From Thermoanaerobaculia bacterium (GTDB taxonomy: Bacteria; Acidobacteriota; Thermoanaerobaculia; UBA5066): 64,000 bases of DNA. The stretch covers positions 1,088,001-1,152,000 of the forward strand of contig CAVRAY010000001.1 in the NCBI GenBank assembly GCA_963719225.1. The letters run 5' to 3'. Shown here piece by piece: positions 11,130-21,059 of the stretch. The notes under the pieces are model-generated. The model did no database searches. It saw only the letters and a list, made by a program, of their open reading frames with translations, and was not told where the DNA came from. The position numbers were made by a program, and so were the translations under genes. Each line of letters starts with the position of its first letter. Position 1 is the stretch's first letter.

Positions 11130-12647
11130 GTGAAGACGGGCGAGGAATATCTCGGGCGGATTCTCTCGGCGCGCGTCTACGACGTCGCGGTGGAAACGCC
11201 GCTCGAGGCCGCCCCTCTCCTGAGCAGGAGGACGGGCAACACGGTCCTGCTCAAGCGCGAGGACCTCCAGCCCGTCTTCTCCTTCAAGCTGCGCGGCGCC
11301 TACAACAGGATGTGCCGGCTGCCGCGCGCCGCGCTGAAGCGGGGCGTCATCGCGGCTTCGGCGGGCAACCACGCGCAGGGAGTGGCGCTCGCGGCGGAGA
11401 AGCTCGGCTGCTCGGCCACGATCGTCATGCCGGTCACGACGCCGCGCATCAAGGTGGACGCCGTGGCCGCGCGCGGCGCGGAGGTCGTCCTGACGGGCGA
11501 CTCGTACGACGAGGCGTACGCCGAGGCGCGGCGCCTCGCCCGAAAAGGGCGCAAGACGTTCGTCCACCCGTACGACGATCCCGACGTCATCGCCGGGCAG
11601 GGCACGGTCGGCATGGAGATCCTCAGGCAGCGGCCGGCCGGAATCGACGCCGTGTTCGTGGCCGTGGGCGGCGGCGGCCTGATCGCGGGCGTCGCGGCCT
11701 GGGTGAAGACGATCAGCCCGAAGACCCGCGTGATCGGCGTCGAGCCCGCGGACGCCGACGCCATGAGGCGTTCGCTGAAGGCGGGCCGGAGGGTCCGGCT
11801 GGAGAAGGTGGGTCTCTTCGCGGACGGGGTCGCCGTCCGGCAGGTCGGCCGCGAGACGTTCCGCCTCTGCCGCGATCTCGTGGACGAGATCGTCCTCGTG
11901 GACACGGACGCGATCTGCGCGGCCATCAAGGACGTCTTCGAGGACACGCGCTCCATCCTCGAGCCGGCCGGCGCGCTCTCCGTGGCGGGGCTGAAAGCCT
12001 GGACCGAGCGCCACCGGACGAAAGGCAAGACGCTCGTCGCGATCGCCTGCGGCGCGAACATGAACTTCGACCGCCTTCGCCACGTGGCCGAGCGGGCCGA
12101 GCTCGGCGAGCGCCGCGAAGCGATCCTCGCCGTGACGATCCCGGAGCGGCCCGGCAGCTTTCGCGAGTTCTGCGCCGTCGTGGGGCCGCGCAACATCACC
12201 GAGTTCAACTACCGCTATGCGGACCCGAAGCGCGCTCACGTCTTCGTGGGAGTCGAGGTCGAGAACCTGGGACAGACACGCTCGCTGCTCGCGGCGCTTC
12301 GGCGTCACCGCCTGCCGGCACGCGATCTCTCCGACAACGAGATGGCCAAGCTCCACGTCCGGCACCTCGTCGGAGGGCGCGCGCCGCTCGCGCACGACGA
12401 ACGGCTCTTCCGCTTCGAGTTCCCGGAGCGTCCCGGCGCCCTGCTCCGGTTCCTGAACAGCATGCGGGGCGGATGGAACATCAGCCTCTTCCACTACCGC
12501 AATCACGGGGCCGATTACGGCCGCGTGCTCGCGGGGATCCAGGTCCCCCGCAAGGACGACGCGAAGTTCCGGCGATTCCTGAAGGAGCTCGGCTACCGGC
12601 ACTGGGACGAAAGCGCCAATCCCGCGTACCGTCTCTTTCTGGCCTGA
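11130..12647 (+). CDS. ilvA: Threonine ammonia-lyase, biosynthetic
   Basis: KREDLQPVFSFKLRGAYN, GANMNFDRL, two C-terminal ACT-like domains (FPERPGAL). Confidence 0.96.
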   Translation: MKTGEEYLGRILSARVYDVAVETPLEAAPLLSRRTGNTVLLKREDLQPVFSFKLRGAYNRMCRLPRAALKRGVIAASAGNHAQGVALAAEKLGCSATIVMPVTTPRIKVDAVAARGAEVVLTGDSYDEAYAEARRLARKGRKTFVHPYDDPDVIAGQGTVGMEILRQRPAGIDAVFVAVGGGGLIAGVAAWVKTISPKTRVIGVEPADADAMRRSLKAGRRVRLEKVGLFADGVAVRQVGRETFRLCRDLVDEIVLVDTDAICAAIKDVFEDTRSILEPAGALSVAGLKAWTERHRTKGKTLVAIACGANMNFDRLRHVAERAELGERREAILAVTIPERPGSFREFCAVVGPRNITEFNYRYADPKRAHVFVGVEVENLGQTRSLLAALRRHRLPARDLSDNEMAKLHVRHLVGGRAPLAHDERLFRFEFPERPGALLRFLNSMRGGWNISLFHYRNHGADYGRVLAGIQVPRKDDAKFRRFLKELGYRHWDESANPAYRLFLA

Positions 12648-12668
12648 CGACGGCGTATTCTCGCCGCC

Positions 12669-12932
12669 ATGTGGTTGCTCGTCCTGGCCGGCGTCGTGGT
12701 CCTCGTGGTCTTCGCCGAGAGGTTTCGGCAGACGAAAAAGTACGGGCGCGCTTCGGGGAGGCCGAACCTCGCCGGCGTCGGGATGCTCGAGCTCCAGCGC
12801 CATCTGCAGCCGGATCGCCGGGTGGAGGTGATGGAGACGCAGCTCAAGAATCAGGACGCGGCCGACGCGGAGCAGGACCCGTCAGGCGCCGGCCGAGGCG
12901 GCAGGAAAGAACCTCCTCTTCGGCCTCAGTGA
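12669..12932 (+). CDS. Small membrane-anchored hypothetical protein
   Basis: N-terminal hydrophobic helix; follows ilvA. Confidence 0.55.
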   Translation: MWLLVLAGVVVLVVFAERFRQTKKYGRASGRPNLAGVGMLELQRHLQPDRRVEVMETQLKNQDAADAEQDPSGAGRGGRKEPPLRPQ

Positions 12933-13345
12933 GCGTTCTTGATCTCGGCGAGGGTCGCGAGGGCGGAGACCTCGCGGATGTGCCGGACCTCGAGCCTCAG
13001 TCCCCGGCCCTCGGCATATCGCGACGCGGCTTCGATCGCGTTCAGAAGAGACGCCGGAAGCTTCCGGGCGTGCGCCGCGGCCACGGCCTTCTCGCCCAGG
13101 GCGAACGACACGAGGAAGTGCCCCTTCCGAGGAGTCATGTAGAGGATGACGCGACCCTTGCGCTTCAGTCGGAGGCCCCATCCGGTGACTCCGCTCGTGA
13201 AGCCCCAGACCGGCAGGATCTGGTCGACACGCGCGGCGACCAGCTCGATGAGGCGAGCCCAGGCATCGTGCGACTTGCCGAGGACGAACCGAAGGTCGTC
13301 GTCGGTGGGCTGATGGACCTTGTCGGAGAACGCGCTGAGTGCCAT
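12926..13345 (-). CDS. DUF3788-like protein
   Basis: W.F....GWGLRLK.K.R.I.YM.P and YAEGRG patterns. Confidence 0.75.
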   Translation of the reverse strand: MALSAFSDKVHQPTDDDLRFVLGKSHDAWARLIELVAARVDQILPVWGFTSGVTGWGLRLKRKGRVILYMTPRKGHFLVSFALGEKAVAAAHARKLPASLLNAIEAASRYAEGRGLRLEVRHIREVSALATLAEIKNAH

Positions 13346-13352
13346 GGCGACC

Positions 13353-13709
13353 TCAACCTTCGTGGCCGACGCCGTCGTCGGCCGGCGGAAGCGGCGTGGC
13401 GAAGAACCTGTAGATTAGCGCCAGGAGCACGGAGATGACGGCGACCGTGAAGGCCAGGGATCTACCGTGCCACAAGCCGTCGAACCAGCGCCTGAATTCC
13501 GTCGCGAGGACGTTCGCCTTACCCCCATATACCTCCAGCTCCCGAAGGTATTTCTTCGAGTTCTCGAACTCGAAGCCGGCCTCGTCGGGCGTCGTGGCGT
13601 TGACGAAATAGATCACGGCCGCGCTCGCGAGCCCGACCGCCAGGATCACGCGGGTCACGAGGCGGACACGAGCTTCGGGCCGCGAAGCTTCGTCCGTCTC
13701 TCTGTGCAT
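13353..13709 (-). CDS. Two-TM hypothetical membrane protein
   Basis: TM - SKKYLRELEVYGGKANVLA - TM pattern. Confidence 0.65.
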   Translation of the reverse strand: MHRETDEASRPEARVRLVTRVILAVGLASAAVIYFVNATTPDEAGFEFENSKKYLRELEVYGGKANVLATEFRRWFDGLWHGRSLAFTVAVISVLLALIYRFFATPLPPADDGVGHEG

Positions 13710-13734
13710 CGCGCCCACGACCTCGACCCTCGGG

Positions 13735-14217
13735 CTACCGCGGCGTCCGGGAAAGCGCTGCCGCAAGCGCGGGAGGCGTGAGCGTCATGGCCTGGGCGAA
13801 CCCCGCGATGAACCGAATCGAGATGGGACGTATCTCGAAAAGAAGAAAATCGGGCAATTCGAACGTGCTGGCAGCCTGAGGAAAGCGCGAAAGATAGGCT
13901 TTCGCGGCGGCAGAGGAGGCCGCCGTCGAGGCCTCGTGCTTCTCCGCGCGCCCCTGGATCGTGGCTCGGGCCAGCGCCTGCGCCGGTGTGCCTCCAGTGT
14001 CGGGCGCGACGACGAGGAGGCTGACCGGAGGACTCTCGAGCATGTCCCTGGTGTGAGCGGAGAGCTGGCTGACGTGAATGACGAAGGCCGAGCCATCCGG
14101 GAGCAGCGCGAAGGGAACCATGGAGACATAGGGCTGCCCCTCGTGAAGCGTCCCCAGAGAGGCGATGCGCTGCCCTTCGAAAAGCCGGCAGAGCGATTCA
14201 GTCTGCTCGGCGTTCAT
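13735..14217 (-). CDS. Pyridoxamine 5'-phosphate oxidase-like (HugZ) protein
   Basis: SLGTL..G.PYVSMVPFA, S.LSAHT, DF.LFEI.P...RFIAGFAQA. Confidence 0.85.
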   Translation of the reverse strand: MNAEQTESLCRLFEGQRIASLGTLHEGQPYVSMVPFALLPDGSAFVIHVSQLSAHTRDMLESPPVSLLVVAPDTGGTPAQALARATIQGRAEKHEASTAASSAAAKAYLSRFPQAASTFELPDFLLFEIRPISIRFIAGFAQAMTLTPPALAAALSRTPR

Positions 14218-14252
14218 GACACTCGTCGCAGCCGCTCTCGAAGGTCAGGAGA

Positions 14253-14525
14253 TCATTCATCCCGCCGGTTCCCCGTCCGATGGGGTTTCATGAAGGGGAT
14301 GTCGTTCTCGAACCGCATCCACTCGACACCGTAAGGGCTGGTGCTGAAGCCGGAGACGTGGAGACCAAACGGTTTCAGATGCGTCTCGGGGTCGTGCACG
14401 ACGCTGGTGGGGATTCCGATGTGGTGGAAACGCCATCCGAGTTGTGCGACCACGGGCGGTAGTTCGTAGTCGAGCCGCCGAGTGAAGCGAAGGCCCCTGG
14501 GGTATTGGGTGAGGTTGTGGCGCAT
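14253..14525 (-). pseudogene. Probably truncated VOC-like cassette gene
   Basis: GWRFHHIGIPT...SPYGVEWMRFE then ends abruptly; preceded by a lone GTTAGGC core at 14564-14570. Confidence 0.5.
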
Positions 14526-14573
14526 GGGGTCCTCGGTGTGTGTTCAAGTATGAGAGTCAGATCGCCTAACGAC

Positions 14574-14960
14574 TCATTGGCCTTGAAGCGGCTCCCATAG
14601 CTCGACCTTGTTTCCCTCCGGATCAATGACCCAGGCAAACTTCCCATACTCGGAATCGTCGATCTTCTCGAGCACGTTGCAGCCTTCTTCCTTCAAGACC
14701 TTGACCAAGGCGTGGAGGTCTTCCACTCGGTAGTTGACCATGAAGCGAGCAGTGCTCGGAGCATAGTGATCACTCTCTTCCGGATCGATAGACCAGGCAG
14801 TTGTGCCCGCGAGTGGCTTGCCCTCGGCGTCGGTCCAAGTGAAGGCAGCTCCGCCCCAGACCTGGACATCGATTCCCAGGTGCCGCTTGTACCAGGCCTG
14901 CAGTGATGGAGCGTCTTTCGCCTTGAAGAAAATGCCGCCGATGCCAGTGACTCGCCTCAT
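14574..14960 (-). CDS. VOC/glyoxalase family protein (gene cassette)
   Basis: RVTGIGGIFFK and DPEGNKVELWEP. Confidence 0.9.
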   Translation of the reverse strand: MRRVTGIGGIFFKAKDAPSLQAWYKRHLGIDVQVWGGAAFTWTDAEGKPLAGTTAWSIDPEESDHYAPSTARFMVNYRVEDLHALVKVLKEEGCNVLEKIDDSEYGKFAWVIDPEGNKVELWEPLQGQ

Positions 14961-15006
14961 GTGACCTCCGGTGCGTGGTGCTCGTAAGAGGAATGTTCCT
15001 TCTGCG

Positions 15007-15064
15007 GCCTAACGATATCAAGCTCAGCGGCGAGCGCAGCGAGTCCGCTCCAGCGTTGTTAGGG
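15007..15064 (-). mobile_element. attC: Integron attC site (intact, 58 bp)
   Basis: Minus strand CCCTAAC...GCTGGAGCGG...CCGCTGAGC...GTTAGGC hairpin just after a cassette stop codon. Confidence 0.92.
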
Positions 15065-15086
15065 ATCGTCGCGCGTGTGCCGGCAT

Positions 15087-15554
15087 CTATCTTCCCGGCA
15101 CAGGTCCAATCTCGAAACGTCCAGAAGACATCAGGGCGAACACGCACTCGGCTCCGCTCGCACACTTCGCCGAGTGCGGCGTGTTGGCGGGAATCTCCGA
15201 GTAGGAGCCGGGACCGAGCCTCTTCTCGGTAGATCCCGCGTAGCTCACCAGGACCACTCCTGAAATGACGACCAGCCGCTCCACCGAAGGGTGGGTGTGA
15301 AGCGGAGGCGCGAAGCCGGCCGGAAACTTCCGAAGCATTCCGTGCGCTCCAGTCTGCGGATCGCCCCACAGCAGGACGCTCTTCACACCCGGTAGCCGCT
15401 TGTCTTCCTCCCACCTCATGTCGTTAGCGGCCCAGAGCTTGGGTGTTTTGGATGGCTCCTCAGCTGCAGCCGTGGCGCTCGCCAATGCCCACACACACCA
15501 GGCGAAAAGCCCGACGCAACGTGCGATTCGACGAACGGTACGGACGCTACTCAT
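15087..15554 (-). CDS. Secreted cupin (DUF4437-like) cassette protein
   Basis: Signal peptide; LWGDP, P.HTH, PANTPH. Confidence 0.8.
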   Translation of the reverse strand: MSSVRTVRRIARCVGLFAWCVWALASATAAAEEPSKTPKLWAANDMRWEEDKRLPGVKSVLLWGDPQTGAHGMLRKFPAGFAPPLHTHPSVERLVVISGVVLVSYAGSTEKRLGPGSYSEIPANTPHSAKCASGAECVFALMSSGRFEIGPVPGR

Positions 15555-15607
15555 AAACTACTCCGTTTCCCAGGCGGCTAACGATGTCCGCGATCATTAC
15601 ACGGTGG

Positions 15608-15639
<32 letters not shown>

Positions 15640-15669
15640 TACCGAAGGGGTCGAATTACGTAAGACCGC

Positions 15670-16245
15670 CTATGGTGATAGGGCCGGGTCGCTGCCCGAA
15701 AGTAGGGCGTAGACGTGGAAGTCTCGAGCGATACCTCTGGCAATGCGAAACTGGACGAGGGTGCCCTCGCGCGAGAAGCCGAGCTTCTCGAGCAGACGAA
15801 TCGATGGCGCGTTGCTGGTCATGACGAAGGCATGAACCCTGTTGAACCCGGCCGTGTGAAACGCCCACGATAGGACCTGCTGGACAGCGGCGCGCATGAG
15901 GCCGCGACCCCAGAATGACGGGCTGAGGTCATACACCAGTTCGGCGTGCGAGTGAGGCAACGACCAGTTGGAAAAGCCGCAGGTGCCGATGAGGCCATCG
16001 CTGGCGTCGACCAAGGCCCAGCGGCAGGACGCCCCGTGTAAATAGCCGTCGAGCGCGTGAGAGACCATGGCCTCGACGGCCGCGCCGCTCAGCAGAGGGA
16101 AGCTCGTGTGTTCGATGACGAGCGGATCGGAGAGATATGCATGCCATGCAGGCGCATCCGACGACCGCAACGGTCGGAGGCGGAACTGGCCGAGCGACCA
16201 CGTTGGTGGCACGACGACTCCTCCTGGAGCTGGAGGGGTAAGCAT
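15670..16245 (-). CDS. GNAT RimJ/RimL acetyltransferase (cassette)
   Basis: IGTCG, WGRGLM, N.PSIRLLEKLGF.REG. Confidence 0.9.
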   Translation of the reverse strand: MLTPPAPGGVVVPPTWSLGQFRLRPLRSSDAPAWHAYLSDPLVIEHTSFPLLSGAAVEAMVSHALDGYLHGASCRWALVDASDGLIGTCGFSNWSLPHSHAELVYDLSPSFWGRGLMRAAVQQVLSWAFHTAGFNRVHAFVMTSNAPSIRLLEKLGFSREGTLVQFRIARGIARDFHVYALLSGSDPALSP

Positions 16246-16261
16246 GATCGTTCCCTGCGCC

Positions 16262-16314
16262 GCCTAACGATATCGTTTCAATGAAGAGGAGAAAAGGGCT
16301 GTCCTCGCCGACGT
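16262..16314 (+). mobile_element. attC R' core fused to the left end of an IS1111-like element (remnant)
   Basis: GCCTAACGATATC followed by GTTTCAATGAAGAGGAG; 16264-16314 matches 17053-17103 at 50/51 bp. Confidence 0.65.
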
Positions 16315-16479
16315 CTCAGGACGGCACAGATCAACGCAGCGAAAAAGATGCTTCGGAGCGCGGGACTCTCGGAAGTCAGCCGCCAGTACCTCGGGACCCC
16401 TCGCGCCTGGCGTCGTGGCGCCGACGGCCTAGCCAAAGACCAAACTTCAGCGGAATTACCTTCCCTGAGAGTTGCGAGA

Positions 16480-17010
<531 letters not shown>

Positions 17011-17052
17011 GCGCTCTTCCTTTTCTTGCGCGCTGGAAGTGCTTCCTGTGTT

Positions 17053-17436
17053 CTAACGATATCGTTTCAATGAAGACGAGAAAAGGGCTGTCCTCGCCGA
17101 CGTGGTCACCGAAAAATCGGGCCACAAACTTTAACGGGGTCAGCCTCCGAGAAGGTGCCCCAAGCACGGGAGGACAGCCCGATGAAATCTTATGTGGAAC
17201 TGGACGTTCACAGCAAGTCGAGCGTATTCGTGATCCAGAACGAGCGGGAAGAGGAGCTGGGACGAGGTGAGGTGCCGACGTCTGTGGAGGGGTTCTCCTC
17301 GCTTCGGGGGCGTTTCAGGCTTCGCGCCTCGACGACCGTTCCAGGAGTGGGAGAGATCGTGGCGCTGACGGCAATCGCGGTCTTCTCTGACGCCACACGC
17401 TTTCCGAACGCCAAGCGTGCTTCCAGTTACGCAGGG
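17053..17436 (+). pseudogene. Internally deleted IS110/IS1111 element inserted at an attC R' end
   Basis: ORF from 17182 MKSYVELDVHSK (DEDD N-terminus) joined directly to TVPGVGEIVA...FPNAKRASSYAG (Tnp_20 part); left-end hairpin 17085-17095/17170-17180. Confidence 0.8.
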
Positions 17437-17571
17437 TGTACAAGTCCCGTAATTCCCCGACACCGGCCCTGGCATCGCGGCGCCCGCGCTGGACGCGCCC
17501 AAGAGGGTTCAACGCACGAAGATTTCCTCGATTTCCACTGCGCGACGACTACGAGGTAACTGTTGATAAGA

Positions 17572-17620
17572 GTTACCCATGTGCCTGGACTAATGTGTTA
17601 CCTATGTGCCCGACCGTTCA
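17572..17620 (+). mobile_element. IS481-like terminal remnant
   Basis: GTTACC(C/T)ATGTGCC repeated at 17572 and 17597, ending ...GTTCA; resembles IS481 ends. Confidence 0.5.
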
Positions 17621-17636
17621 GCCGCCGACTCGATGG

Positions 17637-17849
17637 CTACGCGGCGACGGTTACGTACGAGGCTCGCGTTTTCGGTTCGGGGACAGGAAGCCCCTCGGCG
17701 CGCATGCCTTCGATATGGAATTCGATAGCCTCATGCATAACGCGCTCGACCTCTTCCTGTGTGGTACCGGTTGCAACGCAGCCGTCAAGGTCAGGCGAAA
17801 ACGCCGAGAAGCCGGTCTCTGTGGGCTCGATAACGATGAGGTATTTCAT
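17637..17849 (-). CDS. hicB: HicB antitoxin
   Basis: SAFSPDLDGCVATG.T.EE, AIEFHIEG. Confidence 0.92.
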   Translation of the reverse strand: MKYLIVIEPTETGFSAFSPDLDGCVATGTTQEEVERVMHEAIEFHIEGMRAEGLPVPEPKTRASYVTVAA

Positions 17850-18034
17850 TTCTTGAGACCCGCCTGCTTGAGTACGCTGTTAAGAGTGCCGGGTGCGAGA
17901 TCCTGGCCGCCCTGACCGGCCAGTGTGACGAGACCCTTCTTGACCGGGTGCTTGAACTGGCGATGACTACCTTTCGTTCTCACGTGCTGGCACCCGACGG
18001 CTTCGAGAAGCTTCTCGACTTCCCGTACCTTCAC
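17846..18034 (-). CDS. hicA: HicA toxin
   Basis: KGSHRQFKHP, GTLNSVLKQAGL; 4-bp overlap with hicB. Confidence 0.92.
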   Translation of the reverse strand: MKVREVEKLLEAVGCQHVRTKGSHRQFKHPVKKGLVTLAGQGGQDLAPGTLNSVLKQAGLKK

Positions 18035-18070
18035 GACGTCAGGATATCAGGACGAGGCCACCACTCGCGG

Positions 18071-18130
18071 GCCTAACGATATCAAGATCAGCGGCGAGCG
18101 TAGCGAGTCCGCTGCAGCGCGGTGTTAGAC
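18071..18130 (-). mobile_element. attC: Integron attC site (intact, 60 bp)
   Basis: GTCTAAC...GTTAGGC; its R'' flank is the 12-bp complement of the cassette start at 18591-18602. Confidence 0.93.
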
Positions 18131-18216
18131 GCCGTGGTGCTCCGCGAAGATAGGTGCGAGCCGAGCCCAGATCGGACGAGCGAGTCTCAGGGGGAGTGAG
18201 GGCAGTTCAATCCACG

Positions 18217-18543
18217 CTATACGCCCGGCGCTCGGTACGCGACTCCCTTTGCCTTGCGCAGTGCTTCCAGAGTGTCGTCGACGCTCACGAGCACCGTGGT
18301 GTCGAATGCACTGAGTGCACCCCCGGCGCCAATGGCCAGTGCAACCGCCGCCATGGAGACGTTGTCGGGCGCCTCCCACAGATTGTAGCCGTCGTGCGTG
18401 CCGAAGGCGTACCAGAATCCGTGGAGTTTGCCTCCGACCGACTCGATATACGACTGTGCGGCCTTGCGACGGTCCTCTGGGTTTGCGATGAGCTTGGCCC
18501 AGGTGGCAGGTGTATAGCTGAACCTCGTTAGGTAGAGCGGCAT
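18217..18543 (-). CDS. GYD domain protein (cassette)
   Basis: NPEDR, ESVGGKLHGFWYAFG.HDG. Confidence 0.88.
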   Translation of the reverse strand: MPLYLTRFSYTPATWAKLIANPEDRRKAAQSYIESVGGKLHGFWYAFGTHDGYNLWEAPDNVSMAAVALAIGAGGALSAFDTTVLVSVDDTLEALRKAKGVAYRAPGV

Positions 18544-18595
18544 CGGTTCTCCTCCTTCGTAGAATTTCAGCCGGAGTCGTCCAGAGAGGGACGGC

Positions 18596-18632
18596 GTCTA
18601 ACGATATCAAGCTCAGCGGCGAGCGAAGCGAG
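18596..18632 (-). mobile_element. attC: Half attC, interrupted by an IS3-family end
   Basis: GTCTAACGATATCAAGCTCAGCGGCGAGCGAAGCGAG matches the other attC sites, then diverges. Confidence 0.85.
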
Positions 18633-19420
18633 GGATGTTGACCCGGTCTCGTTGACACGCTGTTAGGCGGCGTTTCGTTCGTAGTTGATCGGCGAAAGAT
18701 AACCCAGGGACGAGTGGAGGCGTTTTCCGTTGTAGCGGCGGACGTAGCGACATACGGCGAGGCTGAGCGAGCGATCGTCTTCGAAGGTGCGGCCGTGGAA
18801 GACGTCGGATTTCATCGAGTGGAAGAAGGACTCGATGAAGGCGTTGTCACAGATCTCTCGGGGGCGCTTCATGCTCTGCGTGATGCCGAGGGCAGCCAGG
18901 CGCGCGCGAAAGGCGTAGGCCGAGTACTCGACGCCGCGGTCGGAGTGAAAGATCAGGCCGGGTCGTGGCTGCTGGTGGCGAATCGCGCGATTGAGAGCCA
19001 TGCGGGTGAGAGTCAGGTCACGCCTGGAGCGAAGACTCCAGCCCAAGACTCGCCGGGAGTGGCGATCCAGCACGACGGCCAGGTAGCGCCAGCGGCCGGC
19101 GCTGCTGAGGTACGTCACGTCGCCGACCCAGATCTCTCCGGGCGCCTTCGTACTCAGGCCGAGTACGCGATTGGGGATCGCGGCATAGAAACGGCGGGTG
19201 CCCGGCGTGCGCCGGTAGAGGCGAGCCGAGCGCGCCTTAAGGGCCGCAGAGCGCATCAGGCGGGCCACTCTCGCCAGCGAGCCGCAACGCGGCATGAACG
19301 CGTGGGCTGCCATAGGTGCCCTCGCTCGCTTCGAAGACGGCGCGAATACGCCCGAGCAGCCGCTCGTCCTCTCGGGCTCGAGCACTCGGCTCGCGGCGGC
19401 GAAAGGAGTAGTACGGCTCT
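18633..19420 (-). pseudogene. Truncated, frameshifted IS3-family element (OrfB and right end)
   Basis: rve DDE domain (WVGDVTY, HSDRGVEY, DNAFIESFF, RLHSSLGYLSP); the N-terminal GTYGSPRV segment is in another frame near 19290-19415; terminal GGATGTTGACCCGGTCTCGTTGACAC; no OrfA. Confidence 0.85.
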
Positions 19421-19526
19421 GTCGGGAGAGCCGATATTTAGGTATTCGTGCACGAGCCTGGCCGCTAACGAGCGTCATTACGATCTCGGTCCGGGGATGT
19501 TGGCTTTGGCCCTTCGGTGTTCGCCT

Positions 19527-19751
19527 TCAGGTTAAGGATGGGCCGCGCCGAGCGACGACGAAGAGCGAGAATGCGGATTCCCCCAGCCGCGAGGCCTGCG
19601 GCGATAGGTGCGAGAACCACCACCCTACAAGTCTGGCGCCCATAAACAGGAGGTAGGCGGCCAAGAGTACGAGTGGGATAACTCCTGGCGAAGGGACACG
19701 TGACGCCGTGTTCCGATACTCGACCTGGGGAAGAACCTCGGGCTTCTTCAT
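19527..19751 (-). CDS. Small membrane hypothetical (cassette remnant)
   Basis: Follows attC R' at 19799-19805; one hydrophobic segment; own attC missing. Confidence 0.35.
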   Translation of the reverse strand: MKKPEVLPQVEYRNTASRVPSPGVIPLVLLAAYLLFMGARLVGWWFSHLSPQASRLGESAFSLFVVARRGPSLT

Positions 19752-19923
19752 GACGACGTGGAGGTTGACATTAATGCTTCGGGTCTCTCGTTCCGGGGGT
19801 CTAACGATATCAAGCTCAGCGGCGAGCGTAGCGAGATGGGATGAGAAGGCCGGTCTCCCCAACGCAGTCGGAGAATCCGCTGCAAGGGAAAAGCGGGCTC
19901 GAGGCCCAGAAGGGAGACCGGCC

Positions 19924-21018
19924 GTGAAGAAGCGTAGCACTGGGAACGGGGCCGAGGTGACGGGGGCGTGGACGCTGGGAATGGACTTGGGGGATCGGAC
20001 GAGTCACATCTGCGTGCTTGACGAGGGAGGGACGGTCGTCGAGCGGGGCAAGGTCCAGACGACGCAGGAAGGGATGCGGAAGCGGTTCGAAGGAGCGCCC
20101 CGAATGCGAGTTGCCATGGAGGTGGGGACACATTCGCCGTGGGTGAGCCGGCTTCTAAAAGGGTTTGGGCACGAGGTCCTGGTGGCCAACCCGCGAAAGA
20201 CGCGGCTGATCTACCAGAACCGCGGGAAGCAGGATCCTGTGGATGCCGAGGCGCTGGCGAGGATCGCGCGGCTGGACCCGAAGCTTCTCTATCCCGTGGC
20301 GCACCGGGCCGAGAGCGTCGCGCAGGATCTGGCCGTGGTTCGGGCGCGCGATGCGCTGGTGAGGACACGGTCGCTGCTCATCAATCACGTCCGCGGCGCG
20401 GTCAAGGCGACGGGCCACCGCGTCAAGAAATGCTCGACCCGGACGTTCTCGAAAAGAGCGGTGGGTGAAATCCCCGAGCAAGTGCGCGAGGCGTTGTCGA
20501 GTGTCGTGACGACCATCGAGGTCGTGTCGAAACAGATTCTCGTGCTGGACAAGCGAATCCGAGAGCTGGGGAAAGAGAAATACCCCGAGACAGCGTTGCT
20601 CAGGCAGGTAGGCGGAGTGGGCCCGATCGTGGCGCTGGCCTACATCCTGACGCTCGAGCATCCGGGTCGCTTCCTGAAGAGCCGGGCCGTGGGGCCCTGG
20701 CTCGGGCTTGTGCCGGCGCGAAGCCAGAGCGGAAACTCCGACCCGCAGCTGCGCATCACGAAGGAAGGAGACACCTTGCTGCGCCGGCTTCTTGTTCAGG
20801 CGGCGCAGTACATCCTCGGGCCATTCGGAGAGGACTGCGATCTCAGGCGATTCGGTCAGGCTCTTTCGGCCCGAGGGGAACGCAACGCCAAGAAACGAGC
20901 CGTCATCGCCGTCGCAAGAAAGCTGGCCGTGCTGCTGCATCGGCTGTGGAAGAGCGCAGAGGTCTATGAGCCGCTACGCAGGGCCGGAACGCTCCAGGAC
21001 GCGACCGTGGCGGCCTAA
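19924..21018 (+). CDS. IS110 DEDD recombinase/transposase
   Basis: GMDLG, MEVG, KQDPVDA, SQSG serine motif, AVARKLA. Confidence 0.95.
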   Translation: MKKRSTGNGAEVTGAWTLGMDLGDRTSHICVLDEGGTVVERGKVQTTQEGMRKRFEGAPRMRVAMEVGTHSPWVSRLLKGFGHEVLVANPRKTRLIYQNRGKQDPVDAEALARIARLDPKLLYPVAHRAESVAQDLAVVRARDALVRTRSLLINHVRGAVKATGHRVKKCSTRTFSKRAVGEIPEQVREALSSVVTTIEVVSKQILVLDKRIRELGKEKYPETALLRQVGGVGPIVALAYILTLEHPGRFLKSRAVGPWLGLVPARSQSGNSDPQLRITKEGDTLLRRLLVQAAQYILGPFGEDCDLRRFGQALSARGERNAKKRAVIAVARKLAVLLHRLWKSAEVYEPLRRAGTLQDATVAA

Positions 21019-21059
21019 GAAATCAGCCAAGGGAAACAGCGAAAGGAAATAGCGAGAGG

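Noticed and set aside
17436-17460. GTACAAGTCCCGTAATTCCCC as a REP/RAYT-type end
   Set aside because: Single copy and no HUH transposase in the window
19708-19923. N-terminal extensions of the IS110 transposases in the ORF track (also 23244-23522)
   Set aside because: They run through attC or IS non-coding DNA; RBS-supported starts are at 19924, 22020 and 23523
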